Positions 19,342 to 30,271 of a stretch of 64,000 nucleotides of DNA are shown piece after piece. The stretch comes from an uncultured Clostridia bacterium. Its GTDB lineage: Bacteria > Bacillota > Clostridia > TANB77 > CAG-508. The position numbers and the translations under genes were made by a program. Location of the stretch: assembly GCA_947627755.1 (NCBI GenBank), contig CANQXD010000002.1:7512-71511 (forward strand). Reading direction: 5' to 3'. Under the pieces are notes generated by a model. It was not told the origin of the DNA. It made no database searches and saw nothing but the letters and a program-made list of their open reading frames with translations. Each line of letters begins with the position of its first letter. Position 1 is the first letter of the stretch.

Positions 19342-19851
19342 TTATAAATTTGGTGTTTCGGTTATTAAATAGAGTGTTTTTGTATATTCTACATTATCCA
19401 TAGTTAAAGAAAAAGTAATTTCTGTAGGTTCTTCTAACTCCTCTTCTACAACCATATAATAATAACATTTTCCTTTTCCTACTTTACATGCTATTCCAAA
19501 ACCTAAGGAGAGCTTTACATCCTTTTCTTCATTAAAGCATAAAACAATGCTATCTCCTTCTTTTAAAGTATATTCTTGCTTATCTTCTAGCAAAATTCCT
19601 TCTTTGGTATTACAATTCCAAACTGTTAAAGTAGGCTCATTCCGATTTACCGATTTTGCCCAATTTAACATAGTTTGTATTGTTTCTGTATTTGCTATTT
19701 TAGAATTCTTTTCTTCTATTAGTCTTACTCTAGCTAGCTTTTGAGGAGCATTTTGATTTTTTTGTGCATCAACGAGACTAGCTATTATAAGAACTAAAAT
19801 GAAGATAATTACAAATTCCATTGCAAAAATCTTTTTCCGTTTCTTATTCAT
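19342..19851 (-). CDS. Hypothetical membrane-anchored protein (169 aa)
   Basis: N-terminal basic stretch plus TM (KKRKKIFAMEFVIIFILVLIIASLV). RBS GGAGGA upstream. Contains an in-frame CGG at 19644-19642. Confidence 0.55.
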   Translation of the reverse strand: MNKKRKKIFAMEFVIIFILVLIIASLVDAQKNQNAPQKLARVRLIEEKNSKIANTETIQTMLNWAKSVNRNEPTLTVWNCNTKEGILLEDKQEYTLKEGDSIVLCFNEEKDVKLSLGFGIACKVGKGKCYYYMVVEEELEEPTEITFSLTMDNVEYTKTLYLITETPNL

Positions 19852-19956
19852 TGTATCCTCCTTTAGTTAAAGAAAAATTCTTATAAATATGCAACAGACG
19901 TTATTATATCATTTTCTTTTAATTCCGTCAATCCGAATACAAAAAAATTTTGTAAA

Positions 19957-19984
19957 CAAAAAAGCGATATAAAAATCGCTTTTT
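19957..19984 (-). terminator. Rho-independent terminator of the giant surface protein operon
   Basis: AAAAAAGCGATATAAAAATCGCTTTTTG. Confidence 0.75.
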
Positions 19985-19998
19985 GTTTACTTTTAGTA

Positions 19999-22900
19999 TT
20001 ATTTATTTAGTACCTTTTTCTTAATAAAGATAATGCCTCCTATAATAATTCCTGTAGCTACTATTACAATAATTGAAATAGCTATGTAAATACCTGCATT
20101 ACCAAATGGTGGTAAGATTTTTACTACTTCTGCCATATCGGTATCTAGTTCTTGTGGTTCTTTACTTGGGTCTTGATTTCCGACAACTGAGAATTCATTT
20201 CTTCTACCTACTGTATTGCTTGTTTTTACTATCTCTACAAGGTTACGATAGCTTAAGTCATCCGTATCATTTTCTGAAGTTATTACTTGTGTTAATACTA
20301 ATGGAACACTAACACTATCTTGTGCACCTTTGTTTAATTTTTCTTTATATAATTTTGGTACTAAATTTGCATTTAGTTTGTCTGTTATAATAATCGTATT
20401 ATAATTTTCTACTTGACTTTCTAATGTTGCATTTATTAAGCCTTGAGTTTTTAAGTCTGCTAAATTTATTGCTTTCCAATTACTATTGTCTTTTTCATAG
20501 AATTGTAAATTGTTTGCTACATAATCAATAACTTGATTTGCTTTTGTAGTAACTACATTAGCTGTATTTCCTACATTTCCTGTATAATAGAATTTATTTT
20601 CTTTATAATCTACTTCTCCTATGTTGCTTACTGTTATTTGGTAAGTAATTTGAATGGTTGCACCATGCATTAATTCTTCATCCAATGTTAATTGAACTAA
20701 ACCAGACTTACTTGCATTTTTATTTCTAATATTTTGTAAGTTTCCAAATTTACTTGGGTCCATTTGATTTTTGCTATAACCTTCACTATATGCTTTATGT
20801 CTCTTCCATAATACGTTATTTGTCTTATCTGAAGCATCAAATAGTATAGAACCATCTGCTAAAGTAAGTTTTACATTTGTTACTTGCTTATCTATAACAA
20901 GTTGTGCTTTTGGTCTTTCCTCTAGTCCTAAATCTACATTGTTAATTGCATAAGATGTTTTATTATTTACTACTTGATTTCCTGTTTGCTCTCTATTATA
21001 CTCTATTTCCATAACCATAACGCCAGTTTCAGCTCTCATTTGTGTATTTGCCATTAAGTCTTTTAATAATTGTTCTCTATTATTCATAGGAGTATAATCT
21101 GTTTTGTGAGATGCTAATACTTCTGCAATATAGTTTGTAACGTCATTATCAGAATAATCATTTACAGCATTTCTTCTACTTTCAATATCTTTTGCATCTG
21201 ATACGTTATTTTTGCTATCTGATGCTGCTATGTCATATAAGTATCCTTTATGTTGTTCTGCTGATTGTCCTGCTTTTGCTGTTTCGTTGTTTGATGCATC
21301 TGCATTAAATGTAGGAATTGTTGTTACTATATCTTCTTCGTTTGTTATCTCTTGTCCTAAGTTCCAAGTTGGTGGTAGTCTCCATGTATAAGTTTTATTT
21401 TGTGTAATTTCTTTTTGATAAGTAGTAGACTTATAATCTTGACCATTATAAGATTTTTCGTTTAATCCGCCTAAATTTAATGCACTTGGTGTTGCTGTTT
21501 TTACTGTATCTCCATAAATAAATCTTACTACATATTTACCTGGTATGAATGATTTGAATGCATAATCTCCATCATGTTGATTTCCAAAATTATAATTTGC
21601 TACTAGACCATTATAGTTAATAATTGGAGTAGTGCTACTTGCTGTTCCGGAACCATTTTCAAATGTTCTCCAAATAAACTCAGTTCCATTTTCCATTAAT
21701 TCTACTAATTGTACTGTAACACCATTAATACGTTTTTCATTATTTTGTTTGGTACCATCTCCTGTTGCTGTTACTCCGTTTTCCTTTCTTTCGTCTTCCC
21801 ATACTGTTCCTGCAATAACTCTGTTTGCTGAATCATCTCTGTATAGTCTTAAACGAAGATTTGGCGCTTTATCGGTGTCGTCTTCAAAGTTTTGATATCT
21901 TATTGTTCCATCTTTTGGTACATCTTGTGGATTAATATTACCTGGATTAGAATCTCTATCTACAATTCCTGCTGCCATTCCACCTACATTTCCTGCATTT
22001 GGAATAGTTGTTCCTGGTGCATATTTAGTAGAATATCCGTTGATTTCTATGATATTTTCTTTTCCTACACCATCTAGTGCTCCGCTTTGGAAGTTTTCAT
22101 CTAATTTTAACCAAGCTTCATTATCTCTTGTATCTTTCTTTACTTTGAATGTTAAATAAACATAGGCTGTTTGTCCTGCTTTTAAGTATTCGCTATCTAG
22201 TCCTTCTATGTATAATTTATCATAACCATTTAATGTTGTTTGTGTTGCAGTTCCATAACGACTGTTGTCTTGTTTTCTTACTGACACCCTTGCTCCGTTT
22301 CTTTCAAATTGGATATAAGAACGTGAATCTACATATTCATAATCTTGGTCAAAATAATCTACTAACTCATTCACTCTCATTTGAATACTTAATGATTGAT
22401 TACGTACCATTATTTTATATGTTACATATACTTCTAATTCATCTGCTTTTGCTTTTCCATATTGTGCAAAGTTTGCACCATAATTACTTACTTTATAAAT
22501 ATAGTCTGATTTATAGATTTCTCTTGAATAATTAGTATTGTAATAAGCATCTGATAATCTTACACTAATATCCCAAGTACCATCTGCATCTGGCTTATTC
22601 TCTAATGTATTGTAAGTATATACTTGTTTTTGTCCATTAATTTCCAATGTTACTTTTTCAATGTCCTTCTTAATTGCTAAGTCTGATTCTTGTCTTGGAT
22701 GTAAACCTAAATTAATATAGTATGCTGCATCATATAATGTAAATACTGATGGTGTTAATGAGCTTCCGTATTGCATTCTATCAATAACAAATGAGGTTGG
22801 ATATGGATAAGTATCATAAATACCATTTCCGCTTCCTGTACTTGCCTTAATTCGACAGTCTTTTACATATTGAATCATTTTTTGAGTTGTAGGATCTGAT

Positions 22901-24771
22901 GAATTTTCTAAAATTAAATTTCCAAATCTATCCATTACAGGCTGTCTTGTTTTACTATATTGTCCATTACTTCCTAATGTATAACCTAACAATTCTTGCT
23001 TTGTAAAGGTTTGATTTTTACCTGCTAAGCCTGTATAGTTTTCAGGTGATGATCCTATGGTTTCAAATCTATTGTTGTATGCAATTCTATCATTTCTAAT
23101 ATCGGTTGCATTAGAATTGGTTGTCCAGTTAGTTCCTCCCCATGTATTTGATGCAGAGTAATTTGTTGGTTCGTAATATTGTCCATTATATGTGAAAGTT
23201 ACATAGTATCTAGTCATAGCATTTAAGTTGTTAAATCTATATTGTCCATTGTCATCTGTTGTTGTTGATGCAATATGTCTATTATCTGAAGAATATAAGT
23301 CAACAATGATATTTTGAACTCTATCTTCTGCATTATCAAAAATTCCATTTACTATACTTTCTTTTCCTCCATCTTTATCTACCCAAACATATCCTCCAAG
23401 ATTCATAGTTAAATCGATGGAATTAGAAATTGTTGCGTCTCCCCAATTTTTAGATAAAGCAGCACCTGCTTCTCCGCCTCCTTCTTCTGTTATTTCTATT
23501 AAAGTTTGTGCGTCGTAATAACCTATAACTACATTTCTATAATGTGATGAAATGTGAATAATTTTACAATTTTCTACTATATCTATATCTTTTCCCGTTT
23601 TTGGATCTTTACGAGTCCCCACAACAGTTTCATGTTCTTCTTCTTCTTTGATAGAATATCCTACAAATTGATGGATATCTCCTATTCCTTGATTTATTGT
23701 ATAGCTTGCAGATGTATTTGCTAAATATGCAAATTCTATATTAAAACTTACAGAAGAAGGGTTTCCTGCTTCATCTGCATTAAATTTTAAGAAGAATTCT
23801 TCTCCTGCTTCTGGATAATTTCCATTACTTGTAATTACTTCAGTTGATACTTTATTTCCATTTGCTCCTATTACATAAATATCTTTTATAAAAGAAAATC
23901 TATGATCATTTAAATAATTAATTCTGTATGGTCCTATTGTATAACTTCTGTCATTTTGGTTGACAATTACTTGCGGAGTAGTATCTAAGAAATATGGATT
24001 ATAGTTTGTTAGTTCACCTACTACATTTTGGTAAGCATACGCCTCTTGTAATAGACTTTGTGCTTCTTCTGGTCCAGATAATATGTTACCTTGATTTAAA
24101 GGAGAACACCATATTGCATCTTGTATCAATTGTGCTGTTGCACTATCACTTACTGTTCCTTGATAGTTTCCTCTAGGATAAGGTGGTGTTACCCATGAAC
24201 CAGCACTTAATAAATAAGATTCCCAAGAATTACTTTTACTTTCACTTCCTGTTTGGTGATATTGTGGTGTTGTACAATATGGAGTAGCCTCCATAAAGAA
24301 ACTTGCATTTACTCCTAATACTTGCATAGCGGAACTTTTATTATTCCAATTCGTGCTTGCTCCATAGTCATACCATATACCAGAACCCACTCCAGCAATT
24401 GCTTGTTCTTCTACATTCATGTGATTCATAATTTCTAGTTTAATCCCAGTTTCCACACCAACTATTACTGCGTCTGGATCACCATCACTTTCTCCACATG
24501 ATGTATTCATATGTACTGTCACTTCTGTTCCATCTGAATCTCCTGGTTGATTTGCAGGTGAAAAACGTAAAGCGTGACCTTTTTGAATACAGAATGTACC
24601 ACCTAATGCACTATTTGCGTTTGGATTTCCTTGCATCATTAATTCTGATTTTCCTGTATATGGATCATTATGGTGTGAATTACTTACGCTTAATGCAAAA
24701 GATTGCTGTGCTATTACAAGGCATATAATAAATGCTACAATACTAATTGCTATTTTTATTTTTTGCTTCAT
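19999..24771 (-). CDS. Giant surface protein (1590 aa) with candidate thioester (TED/TQXA-like) module, SdrD-B/Cna-B-like domains and C-terminal membrane anchor
   Basis: Signal peptide MKQKIKIAISIVAFIICLVIAQQSFA. GGTFCIQKG plus AQLIQDAIW resemble the Cys and Gln motifs of thioester domains. SdrD-B-like blocks are GGYVWVDKDGG...DNGQYRF and IAGTVWEDERKENG. The C-terminus is ILPPFGNAG plus TM plus FIKKKVLNK. Confidence 0.8.
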   Translation of the reverse strand: MKQKIKIAISIVAFIICLVIAQQSFALSVSNSHHNDPYTGKSELMMQGNPNANSALGGTFCIQKGHALRFSPANQPGDSDGTEVTVHMNTSCGESDGDPDAVIVGVETGIKLEIMNHMNVEEQAIAGVGSGIWYDYGASTNWNNKSSAMQVLGVNASFFMEATPYCTTPQYHQTGSESKSNSWESYLLSAGSWVTPPYPRGNYQGTVSDSATAQLIQDAIWCSPLNQGNILSGPEEAQSLLQEAYAYQNVVGELTNYNPYFLDTTPQVIVNQNDRSYTIGPYRINYLNDHRFSFIKDIYVIGANGNKVSTEVITSNGNYPEAGEEFFLKFNADEAGNPSSVSFNIEFAYLANTSASYTINQGIGDIHQFVGYSIKEEEEHETVVGTRKDPKTGKDIDIVENCKIIHISSHYRNVVIGYYDAQTLIEITEEGGGEAGAALSKNWGDATISNSIDLTMNLGGYVWVDKDGGKESIVNGIFDNAEDRVQNIIVDLYSSDNRHIASTTTDDNGQYRFNNLNAMTRYYVTFTYNGQYYEPTNYSASNTWGGTNWTTNSNATDIRNDRIAYNNRFETIGSSPENYTGLAGKNQTFTKQELLGYTLGSNGQYSKTRQPVMDRFGNLILENSSDPTTQKMIQYVKDCRIKASTGSGNGIYDTYPYPTSFVIDRMQYGSSLTPSVFTLYDAAYYINLGLHPRQESDLAIKKDIEKVTLEINGQKQVYTYNTLENKPDADGTWDISVRLSDAYYNTNYSREIYKSDYIYKVSNYGANFAQYGKAKADELEVYVTYKIMVRNQSLSIQMRVNELVDYFDQDYEYVDSRSYIQFERNGARVSVRKQDNSRYGTATQTTLNGYDKLYIEGLDSEYLKAGQTAYVYLTFKVKKDTRDNEAWLKLDENFQSGALDGVGKENIIEINGYSTKYAPGTTIPNAGNVGGMAAGIVDRDSNPGNINPQDVPKDGTIRYQNFEDDTDKAPNLRLRLYRDDSANRVIAGTVWEDERKENGVTATGDGTKQNNEKRINGVTVQLVELMENGTEFIWRTFENGSGTASSTTPIINYNGLVANYNFGNQHDGDYAFKSFIPGKYVVRFIYGDTVKTATPSALNLGGLNEKSYNGQDYKSTTYQKEITQNKTYTWRLPPTWNLGQEITNEEDIVTTIPTFNADASNNETAKAGQSAEQHKGYLYDIAASDSKNNVSDAKDIESRRNAVNDYSDNDVTNYIAEVLASHKTDYTPMNNREQLLKDLMANTQMRAETGVMVMEIEYNREQTGNQVVNNKTSYAINNVDLGLEERPKAQLVIDKQVTNVKLTLADGSILFDASDKTNNVLWKRHKAYSEGYSKNQMDPSKFGNLQNIRNKNASKSGLVQLTLDEELMHGATIQITYQITVSNIGEVDYKENKFYYTGNVGNTANVVTTKANQVIDYVANNLQFYEKDNSNWKAINLADLKTQGLINATLESQVENYNTIIITDKLNANLVPKLYKEKLNKGAQDSVSVPLVLTQVITSENDTDDLSYRNLVEIVKTSNTVGRRNEFSVVGNQDPSKEPQELDTDMAEVVKILPPFGNAGIYIAISIIVIVATGIIIGGIIFIKKKVLNK

Positions 24772-24789
24772 ATATTTTTACCTCCTTTC

Positions 24790-27700
24790 CTATCTTAATA
24801 CTTTCTTTTTAATGAAGTAAGCTCCTACTCCAATAATTGTTATAATAGATATACTTAATCCTACAAATAAGATAGTTTCACCTGTTTTTACAGTAACTAA
24901 TACGTCTGCTGAAGAAATATCATCTTCATTTGACATTTTATTTCCTGCAGTAGAATCTATATCTTGTATGCCTAAATCGTTATAAGCTTCGTATATTTCT
25001 GCCGTATTGTTGTATATGCCTAAATTATTTTCTGATAGTTTTTTACTTAATAATAAAGTTACTTCTTTGCTCTCTCCTGGATTAATGATAGTATTTGCTA
25101 AACTTGAATTATAGATTGTTCCATTTGTATCTGCATACCAATCTTTATTTAATTCTGAATTAAATTTCATTTCTGTTGGTATATAATCTGCTATTTTCTT
25201 TACATATCCAGATATTGCTCCCTCGTTGCTTACTTTTATTTTATACTCTACTAAAATAGTTGTTTCATTAATACGTTTTCCTACTAAATCTCTTTTTGCA
25301 AGTTTTACATCTTCATAATTATAAATTGTTGTTCCAGTAGAATCTTGTACTGTTATTTTAGAAACTGTTTTATCTAATTTTAAGTCAAATTTTGGATTTT
25401 CTACTAAACCTATGTCAATGTTGTAGATGTTTTTATCTGAAATAGTAATTTGTTCTGTAATAGCTGCAATTCTTTTTTCTCCATCTAATGTAATTTCTGT
25501 ATCTATTCCATCTGAATTTTTTGTTTCATCTACTTTTTCTGCATGGTAAGTAGTTGCACTATAGTTTGCAACATCATATAAGAAGATAACTGTATAAGTT
25601 CCTTGTTTTATTCCTGCAAATTCATAAATTCCATCTGCGTTTGTTACTTGTGTTACTCTATTACCTTGTCCATCTGTTACTAAGTTACCACTTGTTTTAT
25701 CAAATAACAACACTGTTACATTTTCCACTGGCTCTTCGTCTATATCTTTTACACCGTCTTTATTTTTATCTTTCCAAACTTGACCTGCAATTCTTCGTGT
25801 ATTCTCTTCTGGAATTTGTGGATTTTCTGAATCTTCTGGTTCAGGATATACTGCTTTTTCAATTGTATGTGTTATAGTATTAGATGTTAATGTTCCTATC
25901 ATATTTGAAGAAATACTTGCATTGCTTGTTACTGTTGCATTTTCTTCTAATTCCTTAGCAATAACATTAATTGTAACTTTTGCTGTTTGTCCTTTTTGTA
26001 AACTAAAGGATGCTTGTACGACATTTCCTTCATTCATACCATAATAACTATTTTTATAATCATCAATTTCTACTGTAGTTATTATATATTGTAGTTGTTC
26101 TGGTATTTTAGTTTTTAATGTAATAACATCTGTTTCTCTACCACCTGTATTTGTAATTTCATATTTGTAACTATAGTCTTCCCCTGCTGAAATTGTTGCT
26201 TTATTAGCTATGGTAGATGTTTGTGAAATATCTACTTTTGCTTTTCCTACTTGATTTACTAATTTGTTTGATGTTTCTTCTGCTATTCCTTCGGCTTTTA
26301 CAGTAATAGTTGCTTCAATTTGTTTTTCATAAATTGATTGAGGTAAAGCATCAACTATAGTTGTAATTTGAATTGTACCTTTTATAATCTTATCTGAATT
26401 GATTGTTAAGGTTCTTGTTTGTTCATCGTATGTAATGCCTTCTCGATCGTATGTAGATTCTTTAGTATCTACATCGTAAATGCTAATAGTAGCATCTTGA
26501 TAAGTTAGTCCTTCTGGTATTACCATAGTTACTGTAGTATTTTCTACATTTCTATTATAATCATATAAACCTACTCGATAGTTATATTCTAATTTTTCGC
26601 CTTCACTTAGAATTTTGCTTGCGCCTTCATTTCTTGTATATGCTTCTATTTTAAAGTAGGCTTTCTTTACTGTATTTTTTACTTCGGCTGTTTCTATTTG
26701 TTTTTCTAAGTCGGTTGCGTTAATAACTGCTTTTACACCTATTTGTGTTTTATATTCTGTATCTGTATGTGTAAATTCTGATTTATGATAAGTAATTGTC
26801 TTTCCTTGATATTCACCTTGTGCATAATGTGTTTGATCTTTACAAATATCTTCTACAGTTAGGTTGTTTACTATTACCCAGAATGTTTGTGTTTTTGTTT
26901 CTCCAACTGCGATATTTCCAAATTCATAATTAAGTTTTGTTCTTGTTGTGTCTTGTGTATAGTAACCTTCTCCTTCTTGGTCTGCAAATTCTACATAAGT
27001 TACACAACTTGGTAAATCAACACCTGCTACTACATTTTCTGCTACTTGTTTTCCTGTATTGGTTACTGTTAATGTATATTTAATAAATTTTCCAGTTGGT
27101 ACTTCTACATTTCCTTCTATATTAGAAGAAAGTTTTGTTTCTAATACTGGTCCTGTTGATGTAGCAATACCTGTTTTAGTTGCTATTGCTCTTTCTTGAG
27201 TAGTTCCTGTTTGTAAATTATTATTGAAATATACAGCATAAGTTTCATAAGATGCTTCGTTGTGTTGTAAATTTGCTGGTATTTCAGCTGTATAGTTGAA
27301 GTTTATAGCTTCTGCTGTGTTTAATGTTGTGTTTTCTAATACAATTAAATAAGATTTTACTTCTGCTAGATTTTCTGGTGATGTTGTCCAGCCATTTGAA
27401 GTTTCATTTAAATCTTTTGTTGCATTTGCATTTGTAGAATAATATGTTTTTACTTTGCTTGATTCTATATTGTTTACTGAAATATTGCTTGTTAGTGGCA
27501 TATTAATTGTAGAACCTAAATCTTTTCCAGTAACAATGTCAGTATTTCCCTTAAAGTTTGTTCTTCCTAAAATACTAATATTTTCTATTGTATTATTATA
27601 ATTGTTAATAACATTCATAGAGAAGTTAGTATTTCTTGCAGGTGCAACTGTTTCAACTATTGCTGTTTTTTCTTCTCCACTAATAGATGTTAACTCTTGT

Positions 27701-29856
27701 GCTCCTTCTGCATAGCCTGATACAGTACTTGTTGTTACTACTCCTGTTGGTGCTACAAATTTTATTTGTGTAGATACTTCATTTGTTTGAGAAGCATTTT
27801 TACTTGTAGCATTATTTATGTATTGCATTGTTACTTTATCTTCTTTATTTGGCGTTAATTTGTTTACTGTAATATCTGTTGTGATTACTACATTAACACC
27901 TTTTGATACTGATGCTAAAGTGTATTCTGTTTGAGTTCCTTCTAATACAACTACTATTGTTTTACTTCCATCTGCATTTTGTACTACTTCATAAGATTTA
28001 GCTGTTAGCTTTGAACCTTCTTCAGTAAATAATACTTCTATGTCTTTTACATTAATTTGCTCAATATAGTTTGGTAGTGTGATTTTTAATGTAGGGTTTT
28101 GATATAACATACAATTTAAAGTATCTGTTTTTAATATTGCTGTTATTTTTACATCTTGATTTGTTACTACAGTTGATAATTGGTTACTATCTATGTTAAG
28201 TTCTGCTTGTAGAGTTGGTTCTATAAGTGTGATTTCTTTGTTCATTGTTTGCTCTACAAAATTTATTTCTGCGTTTCCTACTCTTCCTACTACATTTAAT
28301 TCTAGTTTGCTTATATTTTGCATTTGTGATTGTGTGTAGCTATTTTCTGCTTTTATTGATTTTGTAATTGTAAAGTTGATTATTCCTTCTACTTGTGGCT
28401 TAGTTGTCTCTATTCTTAAAGTATTTACATTGTTTTTTGAAACATCTACATTTAATTTTCCTTGTTTATCTGCTTTAGTTTGTGCATCGATTTGAGCTAT
28501 CTTTGTGTTTCCTACATAGAATGCAACTTCTCCTTCTTGTCCAAATATTTTATCGAATACTTCTTTTTCAATACTAATAGTTTTATAATTATTTTCAGTT
28601 GCTTCCGCTTTTTTATTTTTATTTGTTATAAAGTTATCTTTTTTAAGTTCTAGTACTACTTTATCAATTAATTGTGCAAGTCCAATATTAGCTGATATTG
28701 TTTCTTGATATTCTGTTTCTATTTTGTTACTTGTTTGGTAATTTGCATATATTTGACCTTTGCTCAATTCTTCTACATTTGTTTTTAATTCAAAGTCTAC
28801 TAAACTTCCTATTTGATCTTTTAATGTAATTTCTCCTTCAAATGTTTTTGCTACTGTTGCTTCTTGTTCTTCATAAGTTGTTATTGTATTAACAGCATTA
28901 ATAGAAACTTTATTTCCTTCTTCTAAAAGACTATTTAAAGTTTCTTCTGAATATAAATATGTAATAATAAATTCATCTTGTGCTTGTTTTTTCCATGAGA
29001 TTTGATTTTGCTCATCTGCTTCATTTTTTACATTTATTATTAATTTGTTGTTATTTTCATCATAGTTATAATTTTCTTGTGTAAACTGAAGTCCTGTTTC
29101 ATCTCCATTTGTTGCCTTTGTAGTATTTGCTACTACTTTTACTTGTTCTGGCTTATTACCATTAATAATTGGTACTACAATTTCAATTTGGTTTTCTTTT
29201 ACTGGTAAAATATTATCTTTGATTGAAGATTGTACTTTTGTTTGAAAAAGTAAGCCTTTGTTTTCATTAATGTTGTAAGGAACAAATTTTGAAACTTGCA
29301 TATTAAATTGTGCTTCTTTTTCTTTTTTCCATACTAATTCTAATGAAATTTCTTTTTCTATTTGTTTCTCTTTACCTTTTCCATCAATATAGGTTGCAGT
29401 TAATTTAACTGTATTTTTCTTATTTAATTGTTCTATTGAAATGTTTTCGGTTTGTAATATTTCAATAGGAAGTGCTACTTCTATGACATTTCCGCATTTT
29501 ACTTGGCTAAAGTAAATTTTGTTTGCTTCGATTTTTTCAATTTGTTTATTATCTATATTCTTTATTGTAAAATTAGCATTTTCAATTGTTACTACTGCAT
29601 TTTTTAAATATCCTGCTTCTTTTACTTGAATTGCAGTATATAGATAATTTTCTTCTCCTATTGTTTTTGTAGCAGAATGCTCTTTTTTATTTTCGTTCAT
29701 AAAATAAGCATCAAACTCTACATTTTTATTGTTTGTTGGTTGTAGTGTTTGATTTCCTAAATTACTAGCAAATGCTTCTCCTAATATGCTTACATTAGTC
29801 ATCATTAGTATTAATACTAAGATAGTTGCTACTATTTTTGTACTTTTTTTGTACAT
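24790..29856 (-). CDS. Giant surface protein (1688 aa) with DUF11-like repeats, an SdrD-B-like domain and C-terminal membrane anchor
   Basis: Signal peptide present. DUF11-like blocks are FIKYTLTVTNTGKQVAENVV and YSYKYEITNTGGRETDV. RIAGQVWKDKNKDGVKDIDEEPVENVTVLL is SdrD-B-like. The C-terminus is VTVKTGE plus TM plus FIKKKVLR. It lies 18 nt upstream of the 1590-aa gene. Confidence 0.8.
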   Translation of the reverse strand: MYKKSTKIVATILVLILMMTNVSILGEAFASNLGNQTLQPTNNKNVEFDAYFMNENKKEHSATKTIGEENYLYTAIQVKEAGYLKNAVVTIENANFTIKNIDNKQIEKIEANKIYFSQVKCGNVIEVALPIEILQTENISIEQLNKKNTVKLTATYIDGKGKEKQIEKEISLELVWKKEKEAQFNMQVSKFVPYNINENKGLLFQTKVQSSIKDNILPVKENQIEIVVPIINGNKPEQVKVVANTTKATNGDETGLQFTQENYNYDENNNKLIINVKNEADEQNQISWKKQAQDEFIITYLYSEETLNSLLEEGNKVSINAVNTITTYEEQEATVAKTFEGEITLKDQIGSLVDFELKTNVEELSKGQIYANYQTSNKIETEYQETISANIGLAQLIDKVVLELKKDNFITNKNKKAEATENNYKTISIEKEVFDKIFGQEGEVAFYVGNTKIAQIDAQTKADKQGKLNVDVSKNNVNTLRIETTKPQVEGIINFTITKSIKAENSYTQSQMQNISKLELNVVGRVGNAEINFVEQTMNKEITLIEPTLQAELNIDSNQLSTVVTNQDVKITAILKTDTLNCMLYQNPTLKITLPNYIEQINVKDIEVLFTEEGSKLTAKSYEVVQNADGSKTIVVVLEGTQTEYTLASVSKGVNVVITTDITVNKLTPNKEDKVTMQYINNATSKNASQTNEVSTQIKFVAPTGVVTTSTVSGYAEGAQELTSISGEEKTAIVETVAPARNTNFSMNVINNYNNTIENISILGRTNFKGNTDIVTGKDLGSTINMPLTSNISVNNIESSKVKTYYSTNANATKDLNETSNGWTTSPENLAEVKSYLIVLENTTLNTAEAINFNYTAEIPANLQHNEASYETYAVYFNNNLQTGTTQERAIATKTGIATSTGPVLETKLSSNIEGNVEVPTGKFIKYTLTVTNTGKQVAENVVAGVDLPSCVTYVEFADQEGEGYYTQDTTRTKLNYEFGNIAVGETKTQTFWVIVNNLTVEDICKDQTHYAQGEYQGKTITYHKSEFTHTDTEYKTQIGVKAVINATDLEKQIETAEVKNTVKKAYFKIEAYTRNEGASKILSEGEKLEYNYRVGLYDYNRNVENTTVTMVIPEGLTYQDATISIYDVDTKESTYDREGITYDEQTRTLTINSDKIIKGTIQITTIVDALPQSIYEKQIEATITVKAEGIAEETSNKLVNQVGKAKVDISQTSTIANKATISAGEDYSYKYEITNTGGRETDVITLKTKIPEQLQYIITTVEIDDYKNSYYGMNEGNVVQASFSLQKGQTAKVTINVIAKELEENATVTSNASISSNMIGTLTSNTITHTIEKAVYPEPEDSENPQIPEENTRRIAGQVWKDKNKDGVKDIDEEPVENVTVLLFDKTSGNLVTDGQGNRVTQVTNADGIYEFAGIKQGTYTVIFLYDVANYSATTYHAEKVDETKNSDGIDTEITLDGEKRIAAITEQITISDKNIYNIDIGLVENPKFDLKLDKTVSKITVQDSTGTTIYNYEDVKLAKRDLVGKRINETTILVEYKIKVSNEGAISGYVKKIADYIPTEMKFNSELNKDWYADTNGTIYNSSLANTIINPGESKEVTLLLSKKLSENNLGIYNNTAEIYEAYNDLGIQDIDSTAGNKMSNEDDISSADVLVTVKTGETILFVGLSISIITIIGVGAYFIKKKVLR

Positions 29857-30271
29857 AGAAATTCCCTCCTATTTTTCTTTTTATTTACTTTGTTTATTTT
29901 TTATTTATTTTGTTTCTGTATTTTTAATATAAAAAAACAATTGGCTATCTTTTATTATACGCCTTTTTTTAGTATTTTTCAATACTTTTTTGTCGTTTTT
30001 TAAACTTTTTATGTTTCGCTCTCTTTTTATCTACTTTTTCTTTATTTTTTAAATTCTTTTAGACGCAATTTCCCTTAATTATTTATTTTTTTATATTTTC
30101 TTATATTTTTTTTTATTTTTCAAGTGCTGAAAGCCTAGCAACGTGTGTTATATTGCTTTTTCCTTTACGGAAGCTCCCTTTACTCTCTTTATATTAAATT
30201 TTTATTACAATATTACAAAATTTGTAACACTTTGAAATATTCTTGCATATCATTTGTTAAGAGGTGATTGG

